Source: Alphaproteobacteria bacterium
GTDB lineage: Bacteria; Pseudomonadota; Alphaproteobacteria; UBA7985
Direction: 5' to 3'
DNA: 64,000 nt
Assembly: GCA_965661545.1 (NCBI GenBank)
Contig: CBFIEF010000008.1
Location: forward strand, 38,231-102,230
Shown: one piece after another, positions 1 through 8,087 of the stretch
How the letters are laid out: each line of letters opens with the position of its first letter
How positions within the stretch are numbered: position 1 is the stretch's first letter
Position numbers and translations under genes: made by a program
Notes under the pieces: generated by a model
What the model saw: the letters and a program-made list of their open reading frames with translations, nothing else
The model's database searches: none
Told to the model about the DNA's origin: nothing

Positions 1-606
1 CGTCAGCAGCCCAAGGCTCGCCCGGCGTTCAGGGTGCAAGTTCGCCGCGACCTCAAACCCCAGCGCGACTTCATCCCGCGCCAGATCGGCGGTGTTCGAA
101 GCAGAATAGGCCTGCGGGTTCTTCGCCAACCGTTGCTTCAGCGCCGGTTCTGACAAACCGCGCAGGAACGTCCCACTAACGGCGCCAGAGGACGGCAGGA
201 CGACCATGCCCTGACCGGAAACCTCAAAGAACACGTCTTTGATGCCCGGCAAGGCCAGCACGCGCGCGATGCGCGGGTCACCGGCGAGGAAGCCTTTTGG
301 TTCGGCCTCAGCCTGCGTGCACTGCTCCACCACACCCAGTGCAATGTTGATCGGATCAGTTTCTGGCACGCACATCGGGGCGGGTGTTTCGGGGTTTCTG
401 GCGGTGATGACGACGTGGGGACTGCGTCCCTGAATGGCCTCAAGCAGACTATCGCGCTGGCCGTTGAGAAAGGCGCTCGCGATGATCAGCGCAGCAACGC
501 CCACAGCAATACCCATCAGCGAGAACAACGCTGAGAGCGACAGAAAACGGCCCCCGCGTCCGGTAAGATACTTAAACGACGCCTGACGCTCATAAGATCG
601 GATCAT
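1..606 (-). CDS. LolC/LolE-family (FtsX/MacB-type) ABC permease, N-terminal part; gene continues beyond the left edge
   Basis: Manual minus-strand translation from ATG 606-604 gives MIRSYERQASFKYLTGRGGRFLSLSALFSLMGIAVGVAALIIASAFLNGQRDSLLEAIQG... This is a short N-terminus, then TM1, then a periplasmic domain, as in LolC/E. It starts 3 nt after the stop of the upstream permease and the frame stays open to position 1. Confidence 0.65.
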   Translation of the reverse strand, partial: MIRSYERQASFKYLTGRGGRFLSLSALFSLMGIAVGVAALIIASAFLNGQRDSLLEAIQGRSPHVVITARNPETPAPMCVPETDPINIALGVVEQCTQAEAEPKGFLAGDPRIARVLALPGIKDVFFEVSGQGMVVLPSSGAVSGTFLRGLSEPALKQRLAKNPQAYSASNTADLARDEVALGFEVAANLHPERRASLGLLT

Positions 607-609
607 CGC

Positions 610-2028
610 TCAGACCTCCTTCAACGCCAAGGCCGGCGGCACGCGGGACGCCCGCCACGCTGGATAGACGGTCGCGATCAACGACACAACCAGCGTCACC
701 AAGGAGACAAAGATCAATCCCCCGGGACGAACCACGCCGTTCAGCTGATCAATCTGGTAGAACTCTGCGTTCAGCAAAGGCCGTCCGAGCACCATTTCAG
801 CGAATAGCCGAATGTCATTCAGCGACACGGAAACCCACCAACCCAACAGCAATCCCAGCCCCAAACCCAGCATGGAAACCAGCGCGCCAGCGGCAAGGAA
901 AATCCATAAGATACCGCTGCCTTGAACACCAAAACCGCGCAAAATCGCAATGTCGGTTGTCCGCTCCTGCACCATCATCAACTGGCCCGAAGCAATGCCA
1001 AAGGCTGCCACGATCAGGATGACCACCACAATCAATGTCGCGGCATTACCCTGTGCGCGGACCCACTCGTAATCGCGGAATAGGTCGGTCGCGCGGTCGT
1101 TGACCAGAAAACCGAAGGGCAAGCGTTGCTGGATCGAACGGGTCAGAACGCGGCGCTGGCTCAAGTCGTTGAGCATCAGCCGAACCTCGCTCACCTCCCC
1201 CGTGGTATTGCGCCAGCTTTGGACATCATCGAGATAGGCGACAGCACCGGCTTGATCCGCCTCAAACAAACCAGCGGAAAAGGTACCAGCGACAATCAGG
1301 CCAAAGCTACTTGCCGCCGTTGTTCCCGCAGCGCGGTCTTCCGTGTTGGCGGAGAGGACAAGCCGCAACTCATCACCCGGTGCCACGTCCAACGTTTGCG
1401 CCAAACCCGCGCCTAGAAAGATCGGTGACAAGGGTGCGGCTTCCGCGCTCAACGTGTCGTTTTCACCACTGTCAAACAAGGCCGAAAGCGCATCAAAATT
1501 GGCGGCATCTTCACTGCGATCCGCCTCACTGGCCCCGCCGCCAAAGCCCAGCGCCGCTAAAGCATCCGCGTCGCTGCTGCTGCCGGTCTCTGCGTCAGGG
1601 CCTGCTAAAGTCGCCGTACGGTCAAAGCCCATGACCATATCAACCAGTGTGGGGTCGGCGAGCATCGCTTCTTCGGTCATCCCTTGCAGCGCAACACCAG
1701 CGCCCTGATTGCCGTTCAACAGCAATCCCTGCATGATCAAAACGGGCTGCACAGAGGCAATGCCGTCCGGCTGCCGTTCCAGCGCTGTTAGAGCATCTGA
1801 GGCGTCAAAGGTCCGGAACCCCGGCTTTGTCGCCACCAAGTGACCCGTCCGACTTAGCAGACGTTCGAGAATTTCCTGCCTGTAGCCCTCAAACACCGCC
1901 ATCACCACAACCAGTGTCGCAACACCGACCATGATGCCCAGCCCAGAGAGCAGCGGTACAACAGACAGCCCGCGACCTTCACGGCGTGCGGTTAGGTATC
2001 TCAGAGCAATGGTGAGGGTCGTTCCCAT
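610..2028 (-). CDS. LolC/LolE-family lipoprotein-release-type ABC permease with an acidic low-complexity insert in the periplasmic domain
   Basis: 472-aa ORF. N-terminus is LRYLTARREGRGLSVVPLLSGLGIMVGVATLVV. The C-terminal FtsX block (ILRGFG..., 3 TM) ends in YPAWRASRVPPALALKEV. It lies immediately downstream of proS, as is typical for alphaproteobacteria. Confidence 0.8.
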   Translation of the reverse strand: MGTTLTIALRYLTARREGRGLSVVPLLSGLGIMVGVATLVVVMAVFEGYRQEILERLLSRTGHLVATKPGFRTFDASDALTALERQPDGIASVQPVLIMQGLLLNGNQGAGVALQGMTEEAMLADPTLVDMVMGFDRTATLAGPDAETGSSSDADALAALGFGGGASEADRSEDAANFDALSALFDSGENDTLSAEAAPLSPIFLGAGLAQTLDVAPGDELRLVLSANTEDRAAGTTAASSFGLIVAGTFSAGLFEADQAGAVAYLDDVQSWRNTTGEVSEVRLMLNDLSQRRVLTRSIQQRLPFGFLVNDRATDLFRDYEWVRAQGNAATLIVVVILIVAAFGIASGQLMMVQERTTDIAILRGFGVQGSGILWIFLAAGALVSMLGLGLGLLLGWWVSVSLNDIRLFAEMVLGRPLLNAEFYQIDQLNGVVRPGGLIFVSLVTLVVSLIATVYPAWRASRVPPALALKEV

Positions 2029-2051
2029 GGCTGGTTCAGCGCTGCCTCACC

Positions 2052-3374
2052 CTAGCCCGCAATGACCTTTGCCAGAACATCGGCAATCGCCACGTCCTGC
2101 TTTTCGCCCGTGCGGCGGTTCTTGAGCTCGGCCATACCTTCTTTCAAGCCCCGCGGGCCGATGGTAATCACCCACGGCAAGCCAATAAGCTCCATATCCG
2201 CAAACTTACCGCCCGGACGCATGTTCCGATCGTCTAACAGCGGGTCGAGCCCTGCGGCCTGCGCCTGCGCGTACAACTGGTCACAGGCGGTAGAGCAGCC
2301 CTCATCATCGACTTTCAGGTTGATGATGCCCACGCCGAATGGAGCGATTTCTGTGGGCCAGATGATGCCGTCGTCATCGTGATTGGCCTCAATAATGCCG
2401 CCAACCAACCGCGACACACCAATGCCGTAGGAGCCCATGTGCACCGGAACATCCTTGCCGTCCGCATTGGAAACGGTTGCGCCAAGCGCTTCTGAGTATT
2501 TGGTGCCAAAGTAGAAGATGTGACCGACCTCAACGCCGCGAGAAACCACTTTCCGCTCTTCTGGCACTTCTGCATCAAACAAAGCCGCCTCGTGCGTCTC
2601 GTCCGTCCGCGCGTAGGCCGCCGTCAGTCGGTCAAAGGCTGCTTCGAGCTCTGCATCATTGGTCAGGTCTTCAGTGAAAGCCTTGTCCCCTGAAATCGCA
2701 CTGTCGAAGAACACTTCGGACTCGCCGGTTTCTGCCTGGATCAGGAACTCGTGACTCAAATCACCACCAATAGGCCCCGTATCAGCCTGCATCGGGATGG
2801 CGGTTAGACCCAAGCGACGGAACGTCCGCAGGTAGGAGATGAATACTTTCTTATAGGCCAGCTCTGCCGCTTCTTTATCAACGTCAAAGCTGTAGCCGTC
2901 CTTCATCAGGAATTCCCGGCCCCGCATGACCCCAAACCGGGGTCGCACTTCATCCCGGAACTTCCATTGGATGTGATAAAGGTTCATCGGCAGATTCTTG
3001 TAAGACTGAATGTCCCGCTTGAAGATGTCTGTGATCATCTCCTCATTGGTTGGACCGTAAAGCATGGTCCGGCCATGACGATCTTCAAAGCGCAGCATCT
3101 CCGGCCCGTAAGCGTCAAAGCGTCCGCTCTCTTGCCACAACTCAGCGGACTGAATGGTTGGCATCAGCACCTCATTCGCCCCCGCACGCGCTTGCTCGTC
3201 CCGCACGATATCGGCGATCTTAGTGAGCACCTTCAGCCCCATAGGCAGCCAAGTATAAATCCCGGCAGCGTTCTGCCGCACCATACCCGCGCGCAGCATA
3301 TACCGGTGCGAAGCAATCTGTGCCTCAGCCGGGGTGTCTTTCATGGTTGGCAAGAAATAACGGGACCAGCGCAT
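2052..3374 (-). CDS. proS: prolyl-tRNA synthetase (short alphaproteobacterial type)
   Basis: [34 protein letters not shown]... with class II aaRS motifs. ATG at 3374 is preferred over the upstream TTG at 3389 because ProRS N-termini start MR.SRYF. Confidence 0.93.
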   Translation of the reverse strand: MRWSRYFLPTMKDTPAEAQIASHRYMLRAGMVRQNAAGIYTWLPMGLKVLTKIADIVRDEQARAGANEVLMPTIQSAELWQESGRFDAYGPEMLRFEDRHGRTMLYGPTNEEMITDIFKRDIQSYKNLPMNLYHIQWKFRDEVRPRFGVMRGREFLMKDGYSFDVDKEAAELAYKKVFISYLRTFRRLGLTAIPMQADTGPIGGDLSHEFLIQAETGESEVFFDSAISGDKAFTEDLTNDAELEAAFDRLTAAYARTDETHEAALFDAEVPEERKVVSRGVEVGHIFYFGTKYSEALGATVSNADGKDVPVHMGSYGIGVSRLVGGIIEANHDDDGIIWPTEIAPFGVGIINLKVDDEGCSTACDQLYAQAQAAGLDPLLDDRNMRPGGKFADMELIGLPWVITIGPRGLKEGMAELKNRRTGEKQDVAIADVLAKVIAG

Positions 3375-3862
3375 GCCGTTCGGCTCCAAACTAATGATGA
3401 GAGTTATGCGGTCGTTTTAGGCCCACTCGCCCCGCCCGCCTAGCCTTTTGTGCGCGCTACTGATCTCTGCTTTCCAGCCCCTCAAGACGGGCCAGCAGTA
3501 TATGAGTAAAACCTAATATGCTCACTTACTGAGCAGGTGCCTGAGGACAAGTCACAAAAGCTACACATTTGTGCTTGCGTGAGTCGGTGCACTGGGGCAT
3601 AGGAGACAGGCATCAGGCGAATGACACGTCGCTCGACGGCCTTTAAGGGCCAAGCGCTTTTAAGCGCAGAGAGCGCGTCAGGTTCTGTTTATTACTTGTG
3701 GGGAGGAAGGCAGGACTACCCCGTTTGATGCACCAGAATAGAGTTTTTCAGCGCCCGTTTATCGAGCGCTAAAAAGCGCTGTTCGGGACCAGGTTTGACG
3801 CTTTGGTGTGGTGGCCATAAGCTTTAATCGAACAGGGTTCTAGGTTCCTTTGTCTCCTTAAG

Positions 3863-3897
3863 GGCGGGTAAGCTTCGGTTTGCTCGCCTTTATTTTT
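3863..3897 (+). terminator. rho-independent terminator with no annotated upstream gene on the + strand
   Basis: GGCGGGTAAGC-TTCG-GTTTGCTCGCC forms an 11-bp stem (with G-U pairs) and a TTCG tetraloop, followed by TTTATTTTT. Confidence 0.7.
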
Positions 3898-3970
3898 GTC
3901 TAAACGCCTGAATTTACGCCTTTTTTACCACGCTGTGACCGTGTGGCTTTATATTAGCAAATACTAAAAC

Positions 3971-4597
3971 ATGAAAACTGAATATTTCTCTTCTCCACGG
4001 TTGCACGCGCACAAAGTAGCGCTACGCCGTGCTCAGATTGACGACCGCCCGCAAATTTACCGCTGGTTGGCACGATCCGATGCCACAGCGGAAATGCTTG
4101 GACCGCCCACCTTTCCCGATGCGCCCGTCCCAACGTGGGAACAATATACCTCAGACTTCTCCATCGCAGAATTTTTCCAGCCCGGCTCGCCAACAGAATC
4201 GCATGTGACGTGGGGCGAATGCTGGATCATTTGTGTGGAGAATCGGGCGGACTTAACGACGCATGAAGTGGGTCAGATTAACTTCAGTGACAAACGTAAC
4301 CCGAACGACCCGGCCTCGGCTGGATTGGCAGAATTGGATATTTGGATCGGCTCGCGCCAATGGTGGTCACGTGGAATAGGCTCGCAGGCCATTGAAGCCC
4401 TCACCACCATCCTGCGTGGGTATGGATTTACCACGCTCCTCATCCGTCCATCAGCCCGAAACACGCGCGCCGTTGCCGCCTACAAACGCGCGGCTTTCGT
4501 CGAACAGTCCAAGCATGGAGGCACCCTACCCGCGCGAATCTATGAGCCCGACGATTGGGACTATGCTGACGTGGTGGTTCTGGTAAGGGCGCTTTAG
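3971..4597 (+). CDS. GNAT-family N-acetyltransferase (aminoglycoside/siderophore acetyltransferase-like)
   Basis: 208-aa ORF. It carries the acetyl-CoA binding core WWSRGIGSQAIEAL...RPSARNTRAVAAYKRAAF, which is typical of GNAT enzymes. Confidence 0.75.
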   Translation: MKTEYFSSPRLHAHKVALRRAQIDDRPQIYRWLARSDATAEMLGPPTFPDAPVPTWEQYTSDFSIAEFFQPGSPTESHVTWGECWIICVENRADLTTHEVGQINFSDKRNPNDPASAGLAELDIWIGSRQWWSRGIGSQAIEALTTILRGYGFTTLLIRPSARNTRAVAAYKRAAFVEQSKHGGTLPARIYEPDDWDYADVVVLVRAL

Positions 4598-4830
4598 CCT
4601 TCGAGTATGGCGCGAAGCTGCGGCCCAAAAATGCCGAGCAACCAGACGAACACAAGCGTGAAAACAAAACTGCCGGCGGTCACCATGAGGGCTTTGCGGA
4701 TGAGCTGCGGATTATCCGGCGCACCGCTTTCCCCATCGCGCTCGCCTTGACGCAAGCCAAACGACAGCACGGCAAACCAAACCATCCACCAGACAATGAC
4801 CCAGATCAGGATGAAGGACGCAAGCTGCAT
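4594..4830 (-). CDS. small two-TM membrane protein, DUF1467-like
   Basis: 78 aa: ILIWVIVWWMVWFAVLSFGLRQGE...GAPDNPQLIRKALMVTAGSFVF. This matches my recollection of the alphaproteobacterial DUF1467 pattern. Its stop codon overlaps the convergent GNAT stop. Confidence 0.6.
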   Translation of the reverse strand: MQLASFILIWVIVWWMVWFAVLSFGLRQGERDGESGAPDNPQLIRKALMVTAGSFVFTLVFVWLLGIFGPQLRAILEG

Positions 4831-4934
4831 AGGGAAAACTCCGTTCTAAGCGCGGGGTGACAAATATCCTGCCCCCTACTTACTGCGCCCAGCGCAAGCT
4901 GCAAGGCCCCCAAAGGCCGCATTTGCGCAAGGGC

Positions 4935-5717
4935 CTATTGCGCCGTCCATCCCCCATCGACCATCAGAGATGTTCCCGTCACCAACGACGATGCATCTGA
5001 GGCCAAATAGAGCACAGCACCCATCAAGTCTTCCACCTCGCCAATACGCCCCATCGGGATTTTAGACAGGGTATCGGCCTTGAAGGCTTCTTCTTTGAAA
5101 TAGGGATCAGTCAGCGGGGTGCGGATAAAGGTAGGGCACAGTGTGTTCGAGCGAATGCTGAATTCAGCCAAGTCCAAGGCCATGGCTTTGGAGAAACCTT
5201 CAATCGCGTGCTTACTGGCACAATAGACCGTTCGTTTCTTGCCGCCGATGTGCCCCATCTGGCTGGAAACGTGAACGATAGACCCAGCCTGCTCCGCCTC
5301 GATCAAGCCCTGAACCACCGCTTGCGCCATGAAGAAGGCTGAGCGGACGTTAAGCTCAAAAATGGCGTCGTAGGTCTCCACATCCACGTCCGTAAATGAT
5401 TGAGGCTGGTTGATGCCGGCGTTGTTCACCAAAATGTTGAACGGCCCATGCGCGGCGACAGCCTTCACTTGCTCAAGATCAAGCACGTCTGCCGTTACTG
5501 TATCGGCTGAACCACCGCCCTCGCGAATGCCGGCGGCAACGGCATCGATGTCCTTGGACGTCCGAGCCACCAAGGTCACATGCGCCCCTGCGCCCGCCAA
5601 CACTTCCGCAGCAGCCTTTCCAATGCCCCGACTGGCACCGGTCACCAGGGCCGTTTTGCCCGATAGATCAAACAGGGTGGCGGGTGTGGGCAGCATCAGC
5701 GTTTCTCCGGTTAACAA
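4935..5717 (-). CDS. short-chain dehydrogenase/reductase (SDR) family oxidoreductase
   Basis: TGASRGIG cofactor motif, NNAG, and the YCASKHAIEG catalytic Y-x3-K motif. The start could alternatively be the internal ATG at 5696. Confidence 0.9.
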   Translation of the reverse strand: MLTGETLMLPTPATLFDLSGKTALVTGASRGIGKAAAEVLAGAGAHVTLVARTSKDIDAVAAGIREGGGSADTVTADVLDLEQVKAVAAHGPFNILVNNAGINQPQSFTDVDVETYDAIFELNVRSAFFMAQAVVQGLIEAEQAGSIVHVSSQMGHIGGKKRTVYCASKHAIEGFSKAMALDLAEFSIRSNTLCPTFIRTPLTDPYFKEEAFKADTLSKIPMGRIGEVEDLMGAVLYLASDASSLVTGTSLMVDGGWTAQ

Positions 5718-6079
5718 CAGCGTTCACACACCTTAGCTGTCGCCCCTGCATCCGCTACTAAAAAAAGGCCACTACCCCAGAAATGCCGCCCCTCCTGATT
5801 CGCAGCGAATGGTCAATCTGGCCAAAATTCGTGACAAAAAGTACGTCTTATGCGCTATTTTGTGTGAATTTTTAGAGAGTTTCTACAGCCAATTTTAATT
5901 AATGCGATTTTATTTAATTCTTACCTTGATTTGTTAAGGCGTTCAGGAGAAGCACAACCTATGCGGCCCCGTGTTCACCGCGCTCCGATGATTGAGGCGA
6001 CCTAAGCAGAGTCAGAAAACTGACCGCCCTCATCAACGCAGGAGTGCTTCGTAGTTTGCCAAGAACCAAAGATAAAAAA

Positions 6080-6574
6080 ATGATCAAGCTCTCTTTGCGC
6101 ACTGTCGCTGTTTCCTCTTTTATCATCGTCGCCGGTTTGCTCGCCGCGCCGATGGCCCTCACACACGTTATTAAGCACCATCATGCTGAACCGCAGACCC
6201 ACTATCAGGCTGAACCGACCATCATCCAGTTGATGATCAAGGCCTTGGCCGCCCCTGCGCCGCAAAAACCGCACACCCACAGTCACGCACCGACCTACAC
6301 CCCCGCGCACGCCCCTGTACCGCTGATGAAAGTGCATACCGACATGTGCGTAAAAGGCACCTCATGGTTGAATGCCCGCTCCGGTCCATCAACAAAGCAC
6401 AGTGTTGTGGCCGAGTTGGGCGAAGGCCAGCGGATCCACGTGACCACCTGTCAGCCCTCCGCCGATGGCAGCATTTATTGGTGTAAGGCGAAGCTGGGTT
6501 ACGGAAAGGTTGCTTACGTTTCTAAGAAGTATCTTTCCACCTGCGAACTCGCATACCGCAATCATAAGTGGTAA
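6080..6574 (+). CDS. secreted His/Pro-rich protein with a C-terminal bacterial SH3 (SH3b)-like domain
   Basis: Signal-like MIKLSLRTVAVSSFIIVAGLLAAPMA; His-rich HHHAEPQTHY...HTHSHAP; C-terminal WLNARSGPSTKHSVVAELGEGQRIHVT...GKVAYVSKKYL resembles SH3_3. ATG 6080 is chosen over the upstream start at 6044. Confidence 0.55.
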   Translation: MIKLSLRTVAVSSFIIVAGLLAAPMALTHVIKHHHAEPQTHYQAEPTIIQLMIKALAAPAPQKPHTHSHAPTYTPAHAPVPLMKVHTDMCVKGTSWLNARSGPSTKHSVVAELGEGQRIHVTTCQPSADGSIYWCKAKLGYGKVAYVSKKYLSTCELAYRNHKW

Positions 6575-6583
6575 AAGACCCTG

Positions 6584-6628
6584 GAGCAAGCAAAGGACGG
6601 ACAAAAAATCACGTATCTTTGCTTGCTC
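6584..6628 (+). terminator. long hairpin downstream of the SH3b gene (possible terminator)
   Basis: GAGCAAGCAAAG (6584-6595) pairs perfectly with CTTTGCTTGCTC (6617-6628). The loop is 21 nt and the U-tract is weak. Confidence 0.35.
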
Positions 6629-6716
6629 GCGTCTTTAATCATTTAAACCAATTGTAATTCGCGTTTTAAGACGTTATCCCTTTGCCACTTATTGGTCAAA
6701 CGATGGAAACGCCTTC

Positions 6717-7184
6717 TTGATTTGGTTCGCCCTAGCCACCCTGATGCTCGCTTGCGCAGGGTTGGTGTTTTATCAAATTATAACGCCGTTCTGGCTCAGC
6801 CAGTTTCAGCGGAAGTCTGCGGATTTCATCGAAACGCCTAACGGCGCAGCTGCTCTCATGCTTGTGGCCATCGCAGAAACGCGGGGTCCGATTACTATTT
6901 TGGAGCGATCAATCATCGAGCGTCAATTGACCTCGATCTTGTCCCTGCACGCCGAGGCAACAGCCAACCTGGTGGATCGCGCCATCGACACCGTTAATGT
7001 CGAAAGCACACCCGCGTCTGTCCTTGACGAAGTGGCGCACATCCTAAAGCACAAGTCCGTTAGCGTTGAGCTTCAGCAGTACATCACCATGGTGCAGCGG
7101 GTCGCCCGCGCCCACGATGGGCCTACGGGTGACCAACAGGCTGAAATTGACAAGCTCGTTTCCCGCCTGAAAATCATCCACTAG
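6717..7184 (+). CDS. hypothetical membrane-anchored protein (possibly TerB-like helical domain)
   Basis: 155-aa ORF with an N-terminal TM (IWFALATLMLACAGLVFYQII) followed by a helical soluble domain. The start is TTG. The family call is tentative. Confidence 0.45.
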   Translation: MIWFALATLMLACAGLVFYQIITPFWLSQFQRKSADFIETPNGAAALMLVAIAETRGPITILERSIIERQLTSILSLHAEATANLVDRAIDTVNVESTPASVLDEVAHILKHKSVSVELQQYITMVQRVARAHDGPTGDQQAEIDKLVSRLKIIH

Positions 7185-7195
7185 AGCCCAAGCAA

Positions 7196-7774
7196 TTAGT
7201 TACCGCTGGCGTCCTTAATGTCGTCGGTGGTCAGCCACTCCACCGCTGGCCTTTCCTCGGCGAGTGCAGCAGGCGGCCCAAGATCAATAACCCCACGTCC
7301 ATGCTCCAACTCTTCATTTCGCAGGAAGGTCACAGGAACGTCGAGCTCGCCTATGGCGCGATTGAAAACAAGGTTGAGCGTGAAGGGCTTGCGGAACTGC
7401 GCGGCACTGCTCAACTCGGAGATCACCAAAGCATACTCAGGCATCCCCAACTCGACCCCCTGCCCACTGCGCAGCGCCAGTGTCCGCCGGGGCAGCAGTG
7501 TTTCCAGCCCATAAACCCGCTTGACCGAATAGAGCGTTACGGTGTCACCGGCGTCTGAGGACAGCCCCCGCAGCGTAATGCGGTTGCGCGTGCCGTTGTC
7601 CAATACTGCACGCAAAATTATGGCAGACTCGCCCTGCACTTGCGTTTGCTCCACCGAAGTCACAAAGAACGTCACGCGATTGTTCAAATCCGCCTCATGC
7701 CCCCAGGCCCGAGGCACCAGCGCCAGCATCATCAAAAAGACCGCCAGCCCTATCATTGATTTGGATTGTTGCAT
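7196..7774 (-). CDS. hypothetical secreted protein
   Basis: 192-aa ORF with signal peptide MIGLAVFLMMLALVPRAWGHE and a beta-rich body. No family was recognised with confidence. Confidence 0.5.
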   Translation of the reverse strand: MQQSKSMIGLAVFLMMLALVPRAWGHEADLNNRVTFFVTSVEQTQVQGESAIILRAVLDNGTRNRITLRGLSSDAGDTVTLYSVKRVYGLETLLPRRTLALRSGQGVELGMPEYALVISELSSAAQFRKPFTLNLVFNRAIGELDVPVTFLRNEELEHGRGVIDLGPPAALAEERPAVEWLTTDDIKDASGN

Positions 7775-7870
7775 CGAGCTTGGCTCCCCTTGTCCTCACC
7801 CCCAAGCTTAAGCCTGACCACCGAAACAAACAATGCCGTCGGCCCGAAAACAATGAACCAACTCACCATA

Positions 7871-8055
7871 GGGGTTCAGCTCGGCTGAACCTCTGACCAA
7901 CTGGCGAAGTTTAGGGTGTGCAGCGTCAAGGACGAAGCCGCCAAAGGCGGGGCGCGCAGCGCATCCTTGACGCTGTGAGGGGCAACGCCCCTAAAGTCCT
8001 TGGTCAAGACCGAGGCGGCAGCCGACCGGCGGCAAAGCCGCCGACCTGCTCGCGT
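7871..8055. repeat. composite GC-rich four-hairpin intergenic repeat (copy 1, inverted relative to copy at 53594-53769)
   Basis: Its reverse complement aligns module by module with 53594-53769. Hairpins lie at 7871-7893, 7921-7975, 7978-7992 and 8028-8042. Confidence 0.85.
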
Positions 8056-8087
8056 GAAGCCAAAGATTATTCAGGCCAAATTTCAGC

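Noticed and set aside
138-443. ORF-track entries 138-443 (-) and 239-433 (+) at the left edge.
   Set aside because: Both are out of frame with, or antisense to, the partial LolC/E-type permease. That permease's frame runs from ATG 606 to position 1 with a convincing N-terminal TM and family pattern.
3540-3900. Possible tmRNA (ssrA). The segment GCG AAT GAC ACG TCG CTC GAC GGC CTT TAA at about 3617-3646 begins with the Ala-Asn-Asp that is typical of alphaproteobacterial tags.
   Set aside because: The putative tag would end in ...DGL rather than the hydrophobic (L/V)AA end. I found no T-arm/GGTTCGA-like loop, no acceptor CCA end and no GGGG 5' acceptor strand in either permuted or standard order. 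No ANDN-coding string occurs on the minus strand.
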